Made by a program: the position numbers and the translations under genes. Positions 22,071-33,869 of a DNA stretch of 64,000 nt are shown piece by piece. The DNA comes from an uncultured Candidatus Rokubacteria bacterium (lineage in GTDB: Bacteria > Methylomirabilota > Methylomirabilia > Rokubacteriales > DASRDR01). Where the stretch lies: assembly GCA_963708025.1 (NCBI GenBank), contig CAVPSB010000012.1, positions 256,001-320,000 on the forward strand, given 5' to 3'. The notes beneath the pieces are model-generated. The model saw only the letters and a list, made by a program, of their open reading frames with translations. It was not told the DNA's origin and made no database searches. The first letter of the stretch is position 1, and each line of letters starts with the position of its first letter.

Positions 22071-23030
22071 GTGCACCTCGAGACGATCCAGCTCTACTGC
22101 GACGTGGTCCGGCTGCGGAGCTTCTCCCGGGGGGCCGAGCAGCGGTTCGTCTCCCAGTCGGCGGCCAGCCAGGCGGTGCAGCAGCTCGAGACGGCCCTCG
22201 GCGTGACGCTGATCGACCGCACCAAGCGCCCCCTGGTGGTGACGCCGGAGGGCGAGGCGTTCTACACCGCCTGCCGGGACCTCCTGGAAGGGTGGGAGAA
22301 GGCGAAGACGGCGGTGGCGGCGGCCCGGGCCCGCGTGGACGGCACCGTGCGGGTGGCCGCGATCTACTCGGTCGGCCTCCACGACGTGAGCCGGCCCATG
22401 CAGCAGTTCCAGTCGCTCTACCCGGAGGCACGCCTCCAGCTCGAGTGCCTGCACCCCCACAAGGTCGTGGAGGCCGTGCTGAGCGACGAGGCGGACATCG
22501 GGATCATGTCCTACCCGCCCAGCGCGCGCGCGCTCACGGTGCTGCCGCTGCGCGAGGAGCCGATGGCGGTCGTCTGCCACCCCGGCCACCGGCTGGCCCG
22601 GCACCCGGTCGTCCACCCTGCCGAGCTGAACGGCGAGCCCTTCGTGGCCTTCGACGCCGGGCTCGGGATCCGGCGGGCCATCGACCGCGCGCTCCGCGCC
22701 CGGAACGTGCGCCCCAACATCGTGATGGCGTTCGACAACATCGAGACCATCAAGCAGGCCATCATCATCGCCGCCGGGGTCAGCGTCCTGCCCCGCCACA
22801 CCGTGCAGAAGGAGGTCGGGGTCCGGACGCTGGCCGCGGTGCCCCTGGCGATGCCCGAGCTGGTGCGGCCGGTCGGCATCATCCACCGGAAGCAGAAGCC
22901 GCTGACGCCGGCGGCCGGCCGCTTCGTCGAGCTCCTGAAGGCCGCGGGGCCGGCGACCGGGGAGGCCACCGCCGCGGCGCCGGCCGCCGCCCCGCCGCGC
23001 GCCCCGGACCGCCGCCCGGCGGCGCGGTAG
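22071..23030 (+). CDS. LysR family regulator, probable gltBD regulator
   Basis: SFSRGA..SQSAASQAVQQLE HTH and TPEGEAF motif; divergent from gltB. Confidence 0.92.
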   Translation: MHLETIQLYCDVVRLRSFSRGAEQRFVSQSAASQAVQQLETALGVTLIDRTKRPLVVTPEGEAFYTACRDLLEGWEKAKTAVAAARARVDGTVRVAAIYSVGLHDVSRPMQQFQSLYPEARLQLECLHPHKVVEAVLSDEADIGIMSYPPSARALTVLPLREEPMAVVCHPGHRLARHPVVHPAELNGEPFVAFDAGLGIRRAIDRALRARNVRPNIVMAFDNIETIKQAIIIAAGVSVLPRHTVQKEVGVRTLAAVPLAMPELVRPVGIIHRKQKPLTPAAGRFVELLKAAGPATGEATAAAPAAAPPRAPDRRPAAR

Positions 23031-23078
23031 CCTCGACCGCGCCGCGTCCGCGCCCGGGAGACCGGGCCGGCTCATATC

Positions 23079-23188
23079 GGGACCTCCCGCCTACCCGATC
23101 CATCGACGGCCTTCGGCCTTTGGCCCCCCTCCCCACCCTTGGACGGCCTTCGGCCTGTGGCGGGGGGAGGGGGAGTCGGAGGACCCGT
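23079..23188 (-). repeat. Family A palindromic repeat between convergent genes
   Basis: Reverse complement closely matches 62106-62190 and 27163-27258; two GGCCGAAGGCC hairpins. Confidence 0.85.
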
Positions 23189-23199
23189 TCCACACGCGC

Positions 23200-23970
23200 T
23201 CAGGCGACGACGAGCCGGGCGCCGGCGGCGTGGAGCGGGTCGAGGGGCCCGCGTCGACCGGCCGGGGCCCGCAGGGTGGCCGCGTAGGGAGATGGTCCCC
23301 GGGCGGCGAGCCAGCCGGCGATCTCGCCGCCGGGGTCCCGGGGGGCCAGGAACTCGAGCGCGTGCGGACCGACGGTGAACCGGACTCCCGCCGCGCCGAG
23401 CTCCGGCCGCGCGACCTCGATCCCCGGCGTCCCCAGCGCGCTGGCGAACCAGTGACGGACGGCGGCGAGGTCGTCCACGGCCACCGTGAGCGCTTCGATC
23501 CCGGTGACGCCGTTGGCGTGATGCGTCTCCCGCGGGACCCGCTCGTCCCGCTCCGTCTCGTCGCGGATCAGGAACGGCGCCACGCCGCGATGCGCACCCC
23601 GGGGGAGCGAGAACACCCAGCGGAGCTGGTAGCCGTCCGGTCGGACCCGGGACTGGGAGGTCGGGTCGGCGATGTCGACGCCGGCGACCCGGAAGGCGCG
23701 GGTGTCGGCAATCAGGTCGTCGGTCGCCAGGCAGAAGTCCACGAGGCCGCCCCCACGCTGCAGGGGCGCCCACCAGCGGTGCTCGGGGTTGTCCCGGTAG
23801 AAGCCGATCAGCTCGAGGTAGGCCCGGTCGTCGAAGGCGATCAGCGAGTTGTAGGTGCCCACCGGGTGGCGGCCGCCCTCCACGACGGTGAAGCCGAGCT
23901 CCCCGTACGCCCGGGTCGCCGCCTCGAGGTCGCGGACCACGACGACCAGGTGGTCGATGCCAGTGACCAT
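23200..23970 (-). CDS. VOC / glyoxalase-like domain protein
   Basis: IDHLVVVV, GGRHPVGTYNSL, YLELI and HANGVTGI motifs. Confidence 0.88.
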   Translation of the reverse strand: MVTGIDHLVVVVRDLEAATRAYGELGFTVVEGGRHPVGTYNSLIAFDDRAYLELIGFYRDNPEHRWWAPLQRGGGLVDFCLATDDLIADTRAFRVAGVDIADPTSQSRVRPDGYQLRWVFSLPRGAHRGVAPFLIRDETERDERVPRETHHANGVTGIEALTVAVDDLAAVRHWFASALGTPGIEVARPELGAAGVRFTVGPHALEFLAPRDPGGEIAGWLAARGPSPYAATLRAPAGRRGPLDPLHAAGARLVVA

Positions 23971-23977
23971 GAGCCGC

Positions 23978-24006
23978 ACACTAGAGACGGCGCCGCCCGG
24001 CGTCAA
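23978..24006 (-). promoter_or_regulatory. Sigma70 promoter, probably leaderless
   Basis: TTGACG-17bp-TAGTGT, 7 nt before the ATG. Confidence 0.7.
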
Positions 24007-24247
24007 GCTGCCACACTCCCTTCGCGCCCCTCACGCGCCGCATTTTCTGCTTGACACGGTTTCTGACCTGCAATGGGCGACGGTCGTGGCCGCGGCTCTG
24101 AGTCACGCCCAGCGGGCTGTGTCGGCCTGTCGCGCCACCCGCCACCGACGCCGAGTCGAAAATCATTCCTTGGCCCCGATGTGCGATCGAGCAGCCTCCC
24201 AGGGCGGTCGAAAATCGCGTGGTAGGGTGCGAGGCAGGAGGCTCACC

Positions 24248-25591
24248 ATGCACCTCGCCCCGATGCTCGCGCCCACATCTGCTTCGGCCGACCTCGACCG
24301 CCTCGGCGACGAGATCGCCGAGCTCTCGGCCCACATCGACGCCGCCACCGCCCACTTGCTGGCGATGATCCGCGAGTTCGACGCGCGGGGCGGCTGGGGG
24401 AACGGCTTCCGTTCGTGTGCGGCGTGGTTGAGCTGGCGCGTCGGGCTCGACCTGGGGGCGGCCCGGGAGCGGGTGCGGGTGGCGCGGGCCCTGGGCGGGC
24501 TGCCCCAGCTCGCGGCGGCTCTCGCCCGGGGAGAGCTGTCCTACGCCAAGGTGCGGGCCCTCACGCGCGTCGCCACCCCGGAGACCGAGGCGCGGCTGCT
24601 GGCGGTGGGGCGGGCCGGGACGGCGGCCCACGTGGAGCGGATCGTGCGGGGGTGGCGGCGGGTGGACCGGCAGATGGAGACGCAGGAGGCGGCGGCGCGG
24701 CACCGGGGGCGGTCGCTCCAGGTGTACCCGGACACGGATGGGATGATGGTGGTGCGGGGGCGGCTGGAGCCGGAGGTGGGGGCGGTGCTGATCCGGGCGC
24801 TGGAGGCGGCGCGCGAGGCGCTGTACGCGAAGCGGCGGGCGGCCGCGGTGGGAGGCGCCGAGATGGACCCACCGACCCAGGGCCAGCAGCAGGCCGACGC
24901 CCTGGCGCTGGTGGCGGAGACGGCCCTCGCGCAGGGGCTCGATCCGGGCTCGGGGAGCGAGCGGTACCAGGTCGTCGTCCACGTGGACGCCGCCGCGCTG
25001 GCCGACCCCGAGCAGCCGGGGCAGTCGGCGCTCGAGGACGGCGTGCACGTTTCCGCGGAGACGTCCCGGCGGCTGGCCTGTGACGCGACCCGGGTCATCC
25101 TCCGCCACGCGGGGGACGGGCAGGTGCTCGACGTGGGGCGGCGGACGCGGACGATTCCGCCGGCATTGCGACGAGCGCTGCAGGCGCGGGACCGGGGGTG
25201 CCGGTTCCCGGGCTGCGGGGTGCGCCACACCCAGGGGCACCATCTTCATCACTGGGCGAACGGGGGCCCGACCCGGCTGGACAACCTCGCGCTGGTGTGC
25301 GGGTTCCATCACCGCGCCGTGCACGAGGAGGGCTATCAGATCGAGCGTGACGCCGAGGGCACGCTACATTTCAGCACCCCGAACGGCTGGCCAATCCCCG
25401 AGGTCCCGGCGCCCCCGGCAGTGCCGCCCGATCCGATGCAGGCCCTCGTCGCGACCAACCGGGCGAACGGCCTGGCGATCGGCCCGCGGACGGGGTGTCC
25501 GAGCTGGCTCGGGGAGCGGCTCGACCTCCACTGGGCGATCGGGGTCCTCCACCCCGCGGCCAATCCACTCGCGTACCGCTCTCCTGGGTAG
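24248..25591 (+). CDS. DUF222 domain / HNH endonuclease (REP13E12-like)
   Basis: SCAAWLSWR, VSAETSRRLACD and RDRGCRFPGC..HH..HWANGGPTRLDNL..C.FHH motifs; AGGAGG SD. Confidence 0.9.
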   Translation: MHLAPMLAPTSASADLDRLGDEIAELSAHIDAATAHLLAMIREFDARGGWGNGFRSCAAWLSWRVGLDLGAARERVRVARALGGLPQLAAALARGELSYAKVRALTRVATPETEARLLAVGRAGTAAHVERIVRGWRRVDRQMETQEAAARHRGRSLQVYPDTDGMMVVRGRLEPEVGAVLIRALEAAREALYAKRRAAAVGGAEMDPPTQGQQQADALALVAETALAQGLDPGSGSERYQVVVHVDAAALADPEQPGQSALEDGVHVSAETSRRLACDATRVILRHAGDGQVLDVGRRTRTIPPALRRALQARDRGCRFPGCGVRHTQGHHLHHWANGGPTRLDNLALVCGFHHRAVHEEGYQIERDAEGTLHFSTPNGWPIPEVPAPPAVPPDPMQALVATNRANGLAIGPRTGCPSWLGERLDLHWAIGVLHPAANPLAYRSPG

Positions 25592-25667
25592 CCTGTTTCC
25601 GGTGGGGCATTCCGCCGGGACGCCACTCGGCATCGGCCCAATCCTGCGGCCCGGCTCCGATGCCCCC

Positions 25668-25697
25668 TTGACGCCCGCCCGAGGGCGCGGTTAGCTT
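25668..25697 (+). promoter_or_regulatory. Sigma70-type promoter of the HDO operon
   Basis: TTGACG-18bp-TAGCTT upstream of AGGAGGT SD. Confidence 0.5.
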
Positions 25698-25733
25698 GCC
25701 AGCACCCGGATCATCCGCCGGCAGGAGGTCGTC

Positions 25734-26420
25734 ATGAGCGCCATCCCCAGCGAGTTCCGCACCCGGCTCGAGCAGACCGTCAGCGCCCGGCACAGCCGCC
25801 TGAATCCGTTCACCGAGAAGTGGGTGAAGGGCGAGCTCAGCCGGGACCAGCTCGGGGCCTGGGTCTGCCAGCACTACCAGTACGTCTCGCAGTTCGCCCG
25901 CTGGTGCGCCGCCGTCTACGCGGAGTGCCCCGATTCCGACGCCCGCGACTTCCTGCTGGAGAACATCGTCGAGGAGGAAGCCGGGGTCAAGCACGTCGAC
26001 CTGCTGATCCGCTTCGGGGAGGCGTGCGGGGTGACCCGCCAACAGGTGGAGACGGCCCGCCAGCTCCCCACCACGCGGGCCCTCACCGCCTGGTGCCACG
26101 AGACGTCCCGGAGGCCCTTCCACGTGGCGGCCGCCGGGCTCCTGGTCGGGCTCGAGTCCCAGGTGCCCGGCATCTATCAGCGGAACCTGCCGCCGCTCAG
26201 GACCCACTACGGGTTCAGCGACCACGAGGTGGAGTTCTTCGCGGTCCACATCGAGGCCGACGAGGTCCACGGCGAGCGGGGCTACCAGATCGTCGAGCGG
26301 CACTGCACCACGCTGGAGCGGCAGGCCGAGGCGGTCGAGCAGGTGCGCCAGGCGACCGAGATGCGCTGGCAGTACATGACCGGGGTCTACCGGACCTACG
26401 TTCTCAAGGAAGACGCGTGA
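25734..26420 (+). CDS. Heme-oxygenase-like diiron oxidase (CADD/PqqC/TenA superfamily)
   Basis: ENIVEEE....H, ESQVP and FFAVHIEADEVH diiron ligand set. Confidence 0.85.
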   Translation: MSAIPSEFRTRLEQTVSARHSRLNPFTEKWVKGELSRDQLGAWVCQHYQYVSQFARWCAAVYAECPDSDARDFLLENIVEEEAGVKHVDLLIRFGEACGVTRQQVETARQLPTTRALTAWCHETSRRPFHVAAAGLLVGLESQVPGIYQRNLPPLRTHYGFSDHEVEFFAVHIEADEVHGERGYQIVERHCTTLERQAEAVEQVRQATEMRWQYMTGVYRTYVLKEDA

Positions 26421-26725
26421 GCGAGGTCCGCGCCGCCTCCCTCGCGGAGGTGGCGCCGGGCCAGCCGACGCTGGTGGTGCTGAACGGGACCCGCGTGGTC
26501 CTGGCCCGCGTCGGCGCCCAGGTCTACGCCCTCGGCGACACCTGCGCCCACCAGGGGGGGCCGCTCGGCGAGGGCAAGCTCTCCGGCACGCGCCTGGCCT
26601 GCCCGTGGCATGGCTGGATGTACGACGTCCGCACCGGCGCCTGCGCCTTCCCGGGCCGGGGCGCGGCGGTGCCGTCCTACCCCGCGCGGGTCGAGGCCGG
26701 CGCCGTGTGGGTCGAAGTTCCGTGA
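26417..26725 (+). CDS. Rieske [2Fe-2S] ferredoxin
   Basis: CAHQGGPL and CPWHG motifs; GTGA overlap. Confidence 0.92.
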   Translation: MSEVRAASLAEVAPGQPTLVVLNGTRVVLARVGAQVYALGDTCAHQGGPLGEGKLSGTRLACPWHGWMYDVRTGACAFPGRGAAVPSYPARVEAGAVWVEVP

Positions 26726-27147
26726 GCTCCGTCAGCCTCGAGGGCGCGCGGGAGTGCATCGCCCGGGGGTTCGCCCGGGCCCGCGAGCTGGGCTTCCGGG
26801 TCGCCATCGCGGTGGTGGACGAGGGGGGGCATCTCGTGACCTGCGATCGCATGGACGGCGCGCTCTGGGTGACGCCGGAGATCGCCCGGGCCAAGGCCAA
26901 CGCCGCCGCCGCGTTCCGCGCCACGACCCTGGATCTCGAGGAGCGGTTCACGAAGCGGATCCTGTTCGCCGACAACGTGGCCGGCCTCGGCGACTACCGG
27001 TTCGTCTTCGGCAGGGGGGGCGTCCCGATCGTGAAGGATGGGGCGATCGTGGGCGCGGTCGGCGTCAGCGGCGCGGTCCCGGCCGAGCACGACCACGCCA
27101 TCGCCGACGCGGCCGCCGGCCATCCGGAGGTCCCCCGCAGTCACTGA
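26722..27147 (+). CDS. GlcG/HbpS-like heme-binding protein
   Basis: [24 protein letters not shown] and GAVGVSG motifs; GTGA overlap. Confidence 0.88.
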   Translation: MSSVSLEGARECIARGFARARELGFRVAIAVVDEGGHLVTCDRMDGALWVTPEIARAKANAAAAFRATTLDLEERFTKRILFADNVAGLGDYRFVFGRGGVPIVKDGAIVGAVGVSGAVPAEHDHAIADAAAGHPEVPRSH

Positions 27148-27162
27148 GAGGGTATGTAGGAA

Positions 27163-27258
27163 TGGGTCCTCCGGCTCCCCGCTCCCCCCCGCCACAGGCC
27201 GAAGGCCGTCCGACGGTTGGGGAGGGGGCTGGGGGGGTGGGCGGGCAGGTCCCGAACT
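27163..27258 (+). repeat. Family A palindromic repeat
   Basis: GCCACAGGCCGAAGGCCGTCC core shared with the 4623 and 23079 copies. Confidence 0.85.
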
Positions 27259-27348
27259 GAGGGCGGCGAAGAGAAGGATCGTCCCACGGGCGTGGAGGCT
27301 CGGCGTCGCCGACGATCGCGTCGCGGCGCGGATCTCCTCGCCGAGACT

Positions 27349-28501
27349 TCAGCGGGGCCCGGCCGGCACCACCCGTAGGATGCGCCCGTCGCGGCTGTCG
27401 GTCAGGAGGTAGAGCAGCCCATCCGGTCCCTGCCGCACGTCGCGGATGCGCTCTCCCAGGCCGCCCAGGTACCGCTCTTCCCGGGCGACCCGGCCGTCCT
27501 CGAGCGTCAGCCGCACCAGGAGCCCCGGCCGCAGCGACCCGATGAAGACGCTGCCTTTCCAGCCGGGGAGCGCGTCGCCGGTGTAGAAGACCATGCCGGA
27601 GGGCGCGATCACCGGATCCCAGTAGTAGACCGGCTGCTCCATGCCCGGCTTTCGCCGTGCCTTCGCCGATGCTCGCCCCCGAGTAGTCGATGCCGTAGGT
27701 GATGACGGGCCAGCCGTAGTTCTTGCCGGGCTCCGGGTGGTTCAGCTCGTCACCGCCGCGTGCCCCGTGCTCCACGGTCCAGAGCTGTCCGGTCTCCGGG
27801 TGGAGCGCGGCGCCCTGGACGTTGCGATGCCCGTACGACCAGATCTCGGGCCGCGCGCCGGCCCGGCCGACGAACGGGTTGTCGCGCGGCACCGAGCCGT
27901 CCGGGGCGATCCGCACGATCTTGCCGAAGCCGACCGACAGGTCCTGCGCGCCCCGGTAGTAGGTGAAGCGGTCGCCCTGGGTGACGAAGAGCGTGCCGTC
28001 GCGGGCGAAGACCAGGCGAGACCCGAAGTGGTTCCAGCCCTCCACCTTGGGGTGCTGCTGGTAGATCACCCGGACGTCCTCGAGGCGGCCCTCGCCGAGC
28101 CGTCCCCGCGCCACCGCCGTCCCGGCGGTGCCGACGGCCCCGGGCTCCGCGTAGGACAGGTAGACGAGGCGGGTGTCGGCGAACTTCGGGTCGAGCGCGA
28201 CATCGAGCAGGCCGCCCTGTCCGTGCGCCAGGACGCGCGGCAGGCCGGCGAGCGGCTCGGAGACGCGGCCGTCCGGGTCGACGATGCGGAGTCGCCCCGG
28301 GCGCTCGGTGACGAGCATGCGCCCGGCGGGGAGAAAGGCCAGCGCCCAGGGATGCTCGAGGCCACGGGCGATGGTCTCGACGCGGACGCCCCCGTCCACC
28401 GGGGCCGGCGTCGGCGAGCGCGGCGCCTGGCCCCGGGCGAGCCCGGGCGCGACCGAGACCAGGCCGGCGACGATCACGAGGCTCACGGTTACACGCGACA
28501 T
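27349..28501 (-). CDS. PQQ-dependent sugar (aldose/glucose-sorbosone) dehydrogenase, frameshift near 27650
   Basis: [26 protein letters not shown] and [11 protein letters not shown] motifs; signal peptide. Confidence 0.9.
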
Positions 28502-28536
28502 CTGCAGCCTCCTCCGGCCGGGTGCCCCACGCTCCG

Positions 28537-29550
28537 TCACGCTTCCGATCCTCGCACGTCGTAGAGGTGGCAGGCCACGAGCCGGCCGCTCTCGGTCCGG
28601 AGCCGCGGCTCCGCGCTCGCGCAGCGGTCCATGGCGTGGGGGCAGCGCGGGTGGAACCGGCAGCCGCTCGGGGGATCGAGGGCGCTCGGCACCTCGCCCG
28701 CGAGGACCGTCGTCTCGCCTGGCCCGTCCCCCCCGTCCCCCCAGTCCCCATCGATGGGCAGGGCTGCCGCGAAGAGCGCCTGCGTGTAAGGGTGCCGGGG
28801 TTGGAGCGCCACCGCCGTCGCCTCGCCCCACTCCACGATGCGGCCCAGATACATCACCGCGATGGTGTGGCTCATGTGGGCGACGGCGGCCAGGTCGTGG
28901 GCGATGAACAGGTAGGACACCCCCAGCCGCTGCTGGAGGTCGCGCAGGAGGTTCAGGATCTGGGCCCGGATGGAGACGTCGAGGGCGGAGACCGGCTCGT
29001 CGAGCACGACGAGCCGCGGCGACAGGGCGAGCGCCCGGGCGATGGCGATGCGCTGGCGCTGACCGCCGGAGAACTCGTGGGGGAAGAGGTCCCCCGACCG
29101 CGCGGGCAGGCCGACCAGCTCGAGCAGCTCCTGCACGCGCCGGCGGCGCCCGGCCGCCCCCAGGCCCCGCTCGTTGATGACCAGGGGCTCGGCGATGGTG
29201 TCGCGGACGCGCATCCGGGGATCGAGCGAGGCGTAGGGGTCCTGGAAGACGGCCTGGACCGCGCGCCGGTAGCCACGCAGCCGTTCGCGGTCGAGCGCCA
29301 GCACGTCCGCCCCCGCGAAGCGGATGGCGCCGGCGGTCGGCCGCTCCAGGCCCAAGATGAGCCGGGAGGTCGTGGTCTTGCCGCACCCCGACTCGCCGAC
29401 CAGCCCGAGCGTGGTCCCCGGCTCGATGCGGAACGACACCGCATCCACGGCGCGCACCACGCCCATCACCCGGCCCAGCACGCCCCGCCGCACCGGGAAG
29501 TGCTTGGTGAGTCCCTCGACCTCGAGAAGGGGCGTCCCGGCCGGGGTCAC
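28537..29550 (-). CDS. Oligopeptide ABC ATPase (OppF/DppF)
   Basis: [20 protein letters not shown] and GCRFHPRC motifs. Confidence 0.93.
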   Translation of the reverse strand: MTPAGTPLLEVEGLTKHFPVRRGVLGRVMGVVRAVDAVSFRIEPGTTLGLVGESGCGKTTTSRLILGLERPTAGAIRFAGADVLALDRERLRGYRRAVQAVFQDPYASLDPRMRVRDTIAEPLVINERGLGAAGRRRRVQELLELVGLPARSGDLFPHEFSGGQRQRIAIARALALSPRLVVLDEPVSALDVSIRAQILNLLRDLQQRLGVSYLFIAHDLAAVAHMSHTIAVMYLGRIVEWGEATAVALQPRHPYTQALFAAALPIDGDWGDGGDGPGETTVLAGEVPSALDPPSGCRFHPRCPHAMDRCASAEPRLRTESGRLVACHLYDVRGSEA

Positions 29551-29608
29551 TGCTCAACCTCGGCACGGGAGACGACCGACACACCGACCATGGCACCGGG
29601 CCGAGACC

Positions 29609-29677
29609 CGAGCAGCGCTAGGACGCAGGGAGTCGCCGACCGCAGGCGTACTCCGAGTACGCCGAGGATCGGCGACG
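29609..29677. repeat. Family C 69-bp element, exact inverted copy of 39304-39372
   Basis: Base-by-base reverse complement; internal GGCGTACTCCGAGTACGCC palindrome. Confidence 0.9.
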
Positions 29678-29727
29678 CCAGGCGAGCCGAGGACGACGGG
29701 ATGCGACGGGTATCGGCCCGGTGCGGG

Positions 29728-30702
<975 letters not shown>

Positions 30703-30777
30703 GGGCGGCCCTCGTCAGGATCCGCTTTCCACTCGGAAGGAGCGCCCGGCCCGGGCGGATGACCCCATCGGCACCAC

Positions 30778-31752
30778 CTACTGGATGATCTCGTCCGCTT
30801 GCGGCAGAAAGGACTGCGGGATCGTGAGCCCCAGTGCTTTCGCTGCTTTCAGGTTGACCACCAGCTGGAACTTCGTCGGCTGCTCGACGGGGAGGTCGGC
30901 CGGCTTCGCGCCCTTGAGAATCTTGTCCACGTAGTACCCCAGGCGCCGGTACATGTGCTCGATGCTGGTTCCGTAGCTCATCAGGCCGCCGAGGTCGACG
31001 AACTCCCGCCACTCGTAGATCGCCGGCATGCGGTGTCGCGCGGCGAGGTTGACGATCTTGTCGCGCTGCTCGAAGAACATCGGATCCGACAAGACGTCGA
31101 GCGCCTCGGCGCGTTCTTGGCTCATGAGGGAGAACGCGTCGTCGAGCCCGCGGGGTTCTCGGACTTCGCACGGTCAGGAGTCGCAACCCTAACGACGGCG
31201 CCACGTCCCTCGTGTCCTTCAGCTGCCGCTCGTTACCTGGACGCGCCGGATTCGAGAGGACGGCCACGCGGGTGATGGTGGGTACGGCCTCCTTCAGAAG
31301 CGCGAGTCGCTTCCCGCTCAAGTCACTGCTCAGGAGGTTGACCCCGGTGAGATTCCCACCGGGCCGGGCCAGGCTGGTGACCAACCCGGCCGCCACGGGA
31401 TCGGCCGCCGTGAAGACGATCGGGATCGTGCCGGTCGCGGACCTGGCCGCGAGCGCGGTGGCCGATCCCCCCGTTGCCACGATCAGGTCAACGGGGAGAC
31501 GCACCAGTTCGGCCGCCAGGTCGCGGAGCCGATCCGGCCTGAAGCCCGCCCACCGGTACTCGACCGTGATGTTCGCGCCCTCGACGTAGCCGAGCTCGCG
31601 GAGACCCTGTCGAAACGCCTCCTCGACGGCCGACGGCCCGGCTCGCTGGGAGAGGTACCCGATCCGCGCGATCTTCCCGGCGGGCTGCGCCCGGCGGCGA
31701 GCGGCGTCAGCAGCGGGGCCAGCGAAGCGAGGAAGTCGCGCCGCGAGATCAC
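30778..31752 (-). CDS. ABC substrate-binding protein (PF04392/TrpX-like), several frameshifts
   Basis: DPVAAGLVTSLARPGGNLTG, GLMSYG and PADLPVEQPTKFQLVVNLK motifs; Tat-like SRRDFL N-terminus. Confidence 0.82.
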
Positions 31753-31768
31753 TGGATGCCCGGCTGGG

Positions 31769-32685
31769 TCAGAGCTGTCGGAGCTTCGGGTCGAGCGTGT
31801 CGCGCAGCCAGTCGCCGAGGAGGTTGAACGCCAGGACCACCAGGAGGATGGCCAGCCCGGGGAAGGAGGACACCCACCACGCGCTCGTGACGAACTCGCG
31901 GCCCTCGGCGATCATGGAGCCCCAGGCCGGCGTCGGCGGCGGGATGCCGGCGCCCAGGAAGGAGAGCGACGCCTCCACGATGATGACGTAGCCGATCTGG
32001 AGCGTCACCAGCACGACGAGCGTGTTGAGCGTGTTGGGCAGGAGGTGCCGGGTGATGATGCGCCAGGCCCCGGCGCCGGCGAGCCGCGCCTGGGCGATGA
32101 AGTCCAGCCCCATCAGCGTCAGCACCTGGCCCCGGATCACCCGGGCGTAGCGCGCCCACAGGATCACGGCGATGGCGACCACCACGTTGACGAAGCTGGG
32201 GCCCACCGTCACCGCCAGGATCAGCGCCAGGAGGATCACCGGGAACGACATGGTGGCGTCGGTGACGCGCATGAGCGCCACGTCCACGCGGCCGCCGTAG
32301 TAGCCGGCCACCAGTCCCACCGCGGCCCCGACGACGGTGGCCAGGAGCACGGTGAGCACCCCCGCCGCCAGCGACACGCGCGAGCCCCAGAGGATCCGCG
32401 AGAGGAGATCGCGGCCCAGCCGGTCGGTCCCGAGCGGGCGCTGCCAGCTCCCGGCCGCCTCCCACACCGGCGGCCGGAACCGGTTGCGGAGCGACTGCTC
32501 CTGCGGGTCCGCCGGGCTCACCCAGGGCGCCAGCAGCCCGCCGAGCACGAAGAGGACGATGATGCCAGCGAGACGAGCGGGAGCCGGCCGCGGGTCCTCT
32601 CGGCCGCGGGCCGGACGTCCAGCTCTGGCATCTCGGGCAGGGTCAGGACGGCGACATTCGGGCCGGGGGGGAGCTGCGCGCTCAT
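31769..32685 (-). CDS. Peptide ABC permease (DppC), frameshift near 32570
   Basis: LGTDRLGRD, EASLSFLG and NLLGDWLRD motifs. Confidence 0.9.
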
Positions 32686-32795
32686 CCAGTTCGCCGCGGC
32701 GCCTCGGGGCCTACGGCCCTCGGTGCGCCGCGTCCCTCCGGGCGCCCCGGGCCCCCCCTCCGGGTGTTCCCGGGCCCGCGCCGACGAGGCGCCCG

Positions 32796-33717
32796 TCAGC
32801 GGGCATAGCGGATGCGCGGATCGAGCACGGCGTAGAGGCAGTCGACCGCGAGGTTCACCGCGGCCACGATGACGGCGGCGGTCAGCACCACGGCCTGGAT
32901 CACCGGGAAGTCCCGCGAGGTGATCCCGTCGTAGGCGAGCCGCCCGAGCCCCGGCCACGCGAACACCGTCTCCACCACGATGGCCGTCGTCAGCAGGATC
33001 GCGAAGTAGATCCCGGCGAACGTGACGACGGGGATGAGCGCGTTCTTCAGGGCATGGAGCCACACCACCCGGCGCTCGGCGACGCCCTTGACGCGCGCCA
33101 GCTTGACGTACTCGGAGTCCAGCACCTCCAGCATGCCGGAGCGGAGCAGGCGCATCATCCCCGCCACCACGAACCACCCGAGCGTGAAGCCGGGCAGGAT
33201 GTAGCTCGCGAACCCCCCGGCGCCCCCCGCCGGCAGCCACTGGAGCCGCCCGGCCACGAACTCCACCAGGACGATGGCCACCCAGAAGGTCGGCAACGAC
33301 TGGCCGAGCACCGCCACCACCTGCGCCGCCCGGTCGATGCCCGTCCCCTTCTTCACGGCGGCCATCACGCCCAGCGGGAAGGCCATGGCCAGGGAGACGG
33401 CTCATGGCGAAGGCGGCGAGCCGCAGCGAGTTGGGCAGCCGCTCCCGGATCAGCTCGCTCACCGGTCGCCGGGCCCGGATCGAGGTGCCGAAGTCCCCGG
33501 TCACCGCCCTGGCCACGAACGAGACGTACTGCTCGGGGTAGGACCGGTCGAGGCCGAGGTACTGGCGCGCGTTGGCGTAGTCCTCGGGGGTCGCCGACAT
33601 GGGGAGGATGAGGTGAAGCGGGTCGCCGGTGGTCCGGGCCAGGACGAACACCACCACTGACAGGATGGCCAGGGTCACCAGCGACTGCAGCAGCCGTGAG
33701 AGAACGAAGCGGATCAC
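32796..33717 (-). CDS. Peptide ABC permease (DppB), frameshift near 33400
   Basis: GDFGTS, HALKNALIP, VETVFAWPGLG and DPRIR motifs. Confidence 0.9.
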
Positions 33718-33869
33718 GGCTCCCGCCGCATCATTCTCGGAGGGGGTGTCGGAACACCCCCTCCGAGACCTCCCCCGGGGAGGGACTGCGGCGGCAAAGC
33801 CGCCGCTCGGAACTCTTCTCGGGGCATCGCCTGCTTAGGGCGGCGCTGTCACTTTCTTCGGTTCGCCCC

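Noticed and set aside
25734-28501. HDO gene as pqqC supplying the neighbouring PQQ dehydrogenase
   Set aside because: The ligand pattern is CADD-like, no pqqABDE genes are present, and the two loci are convergent
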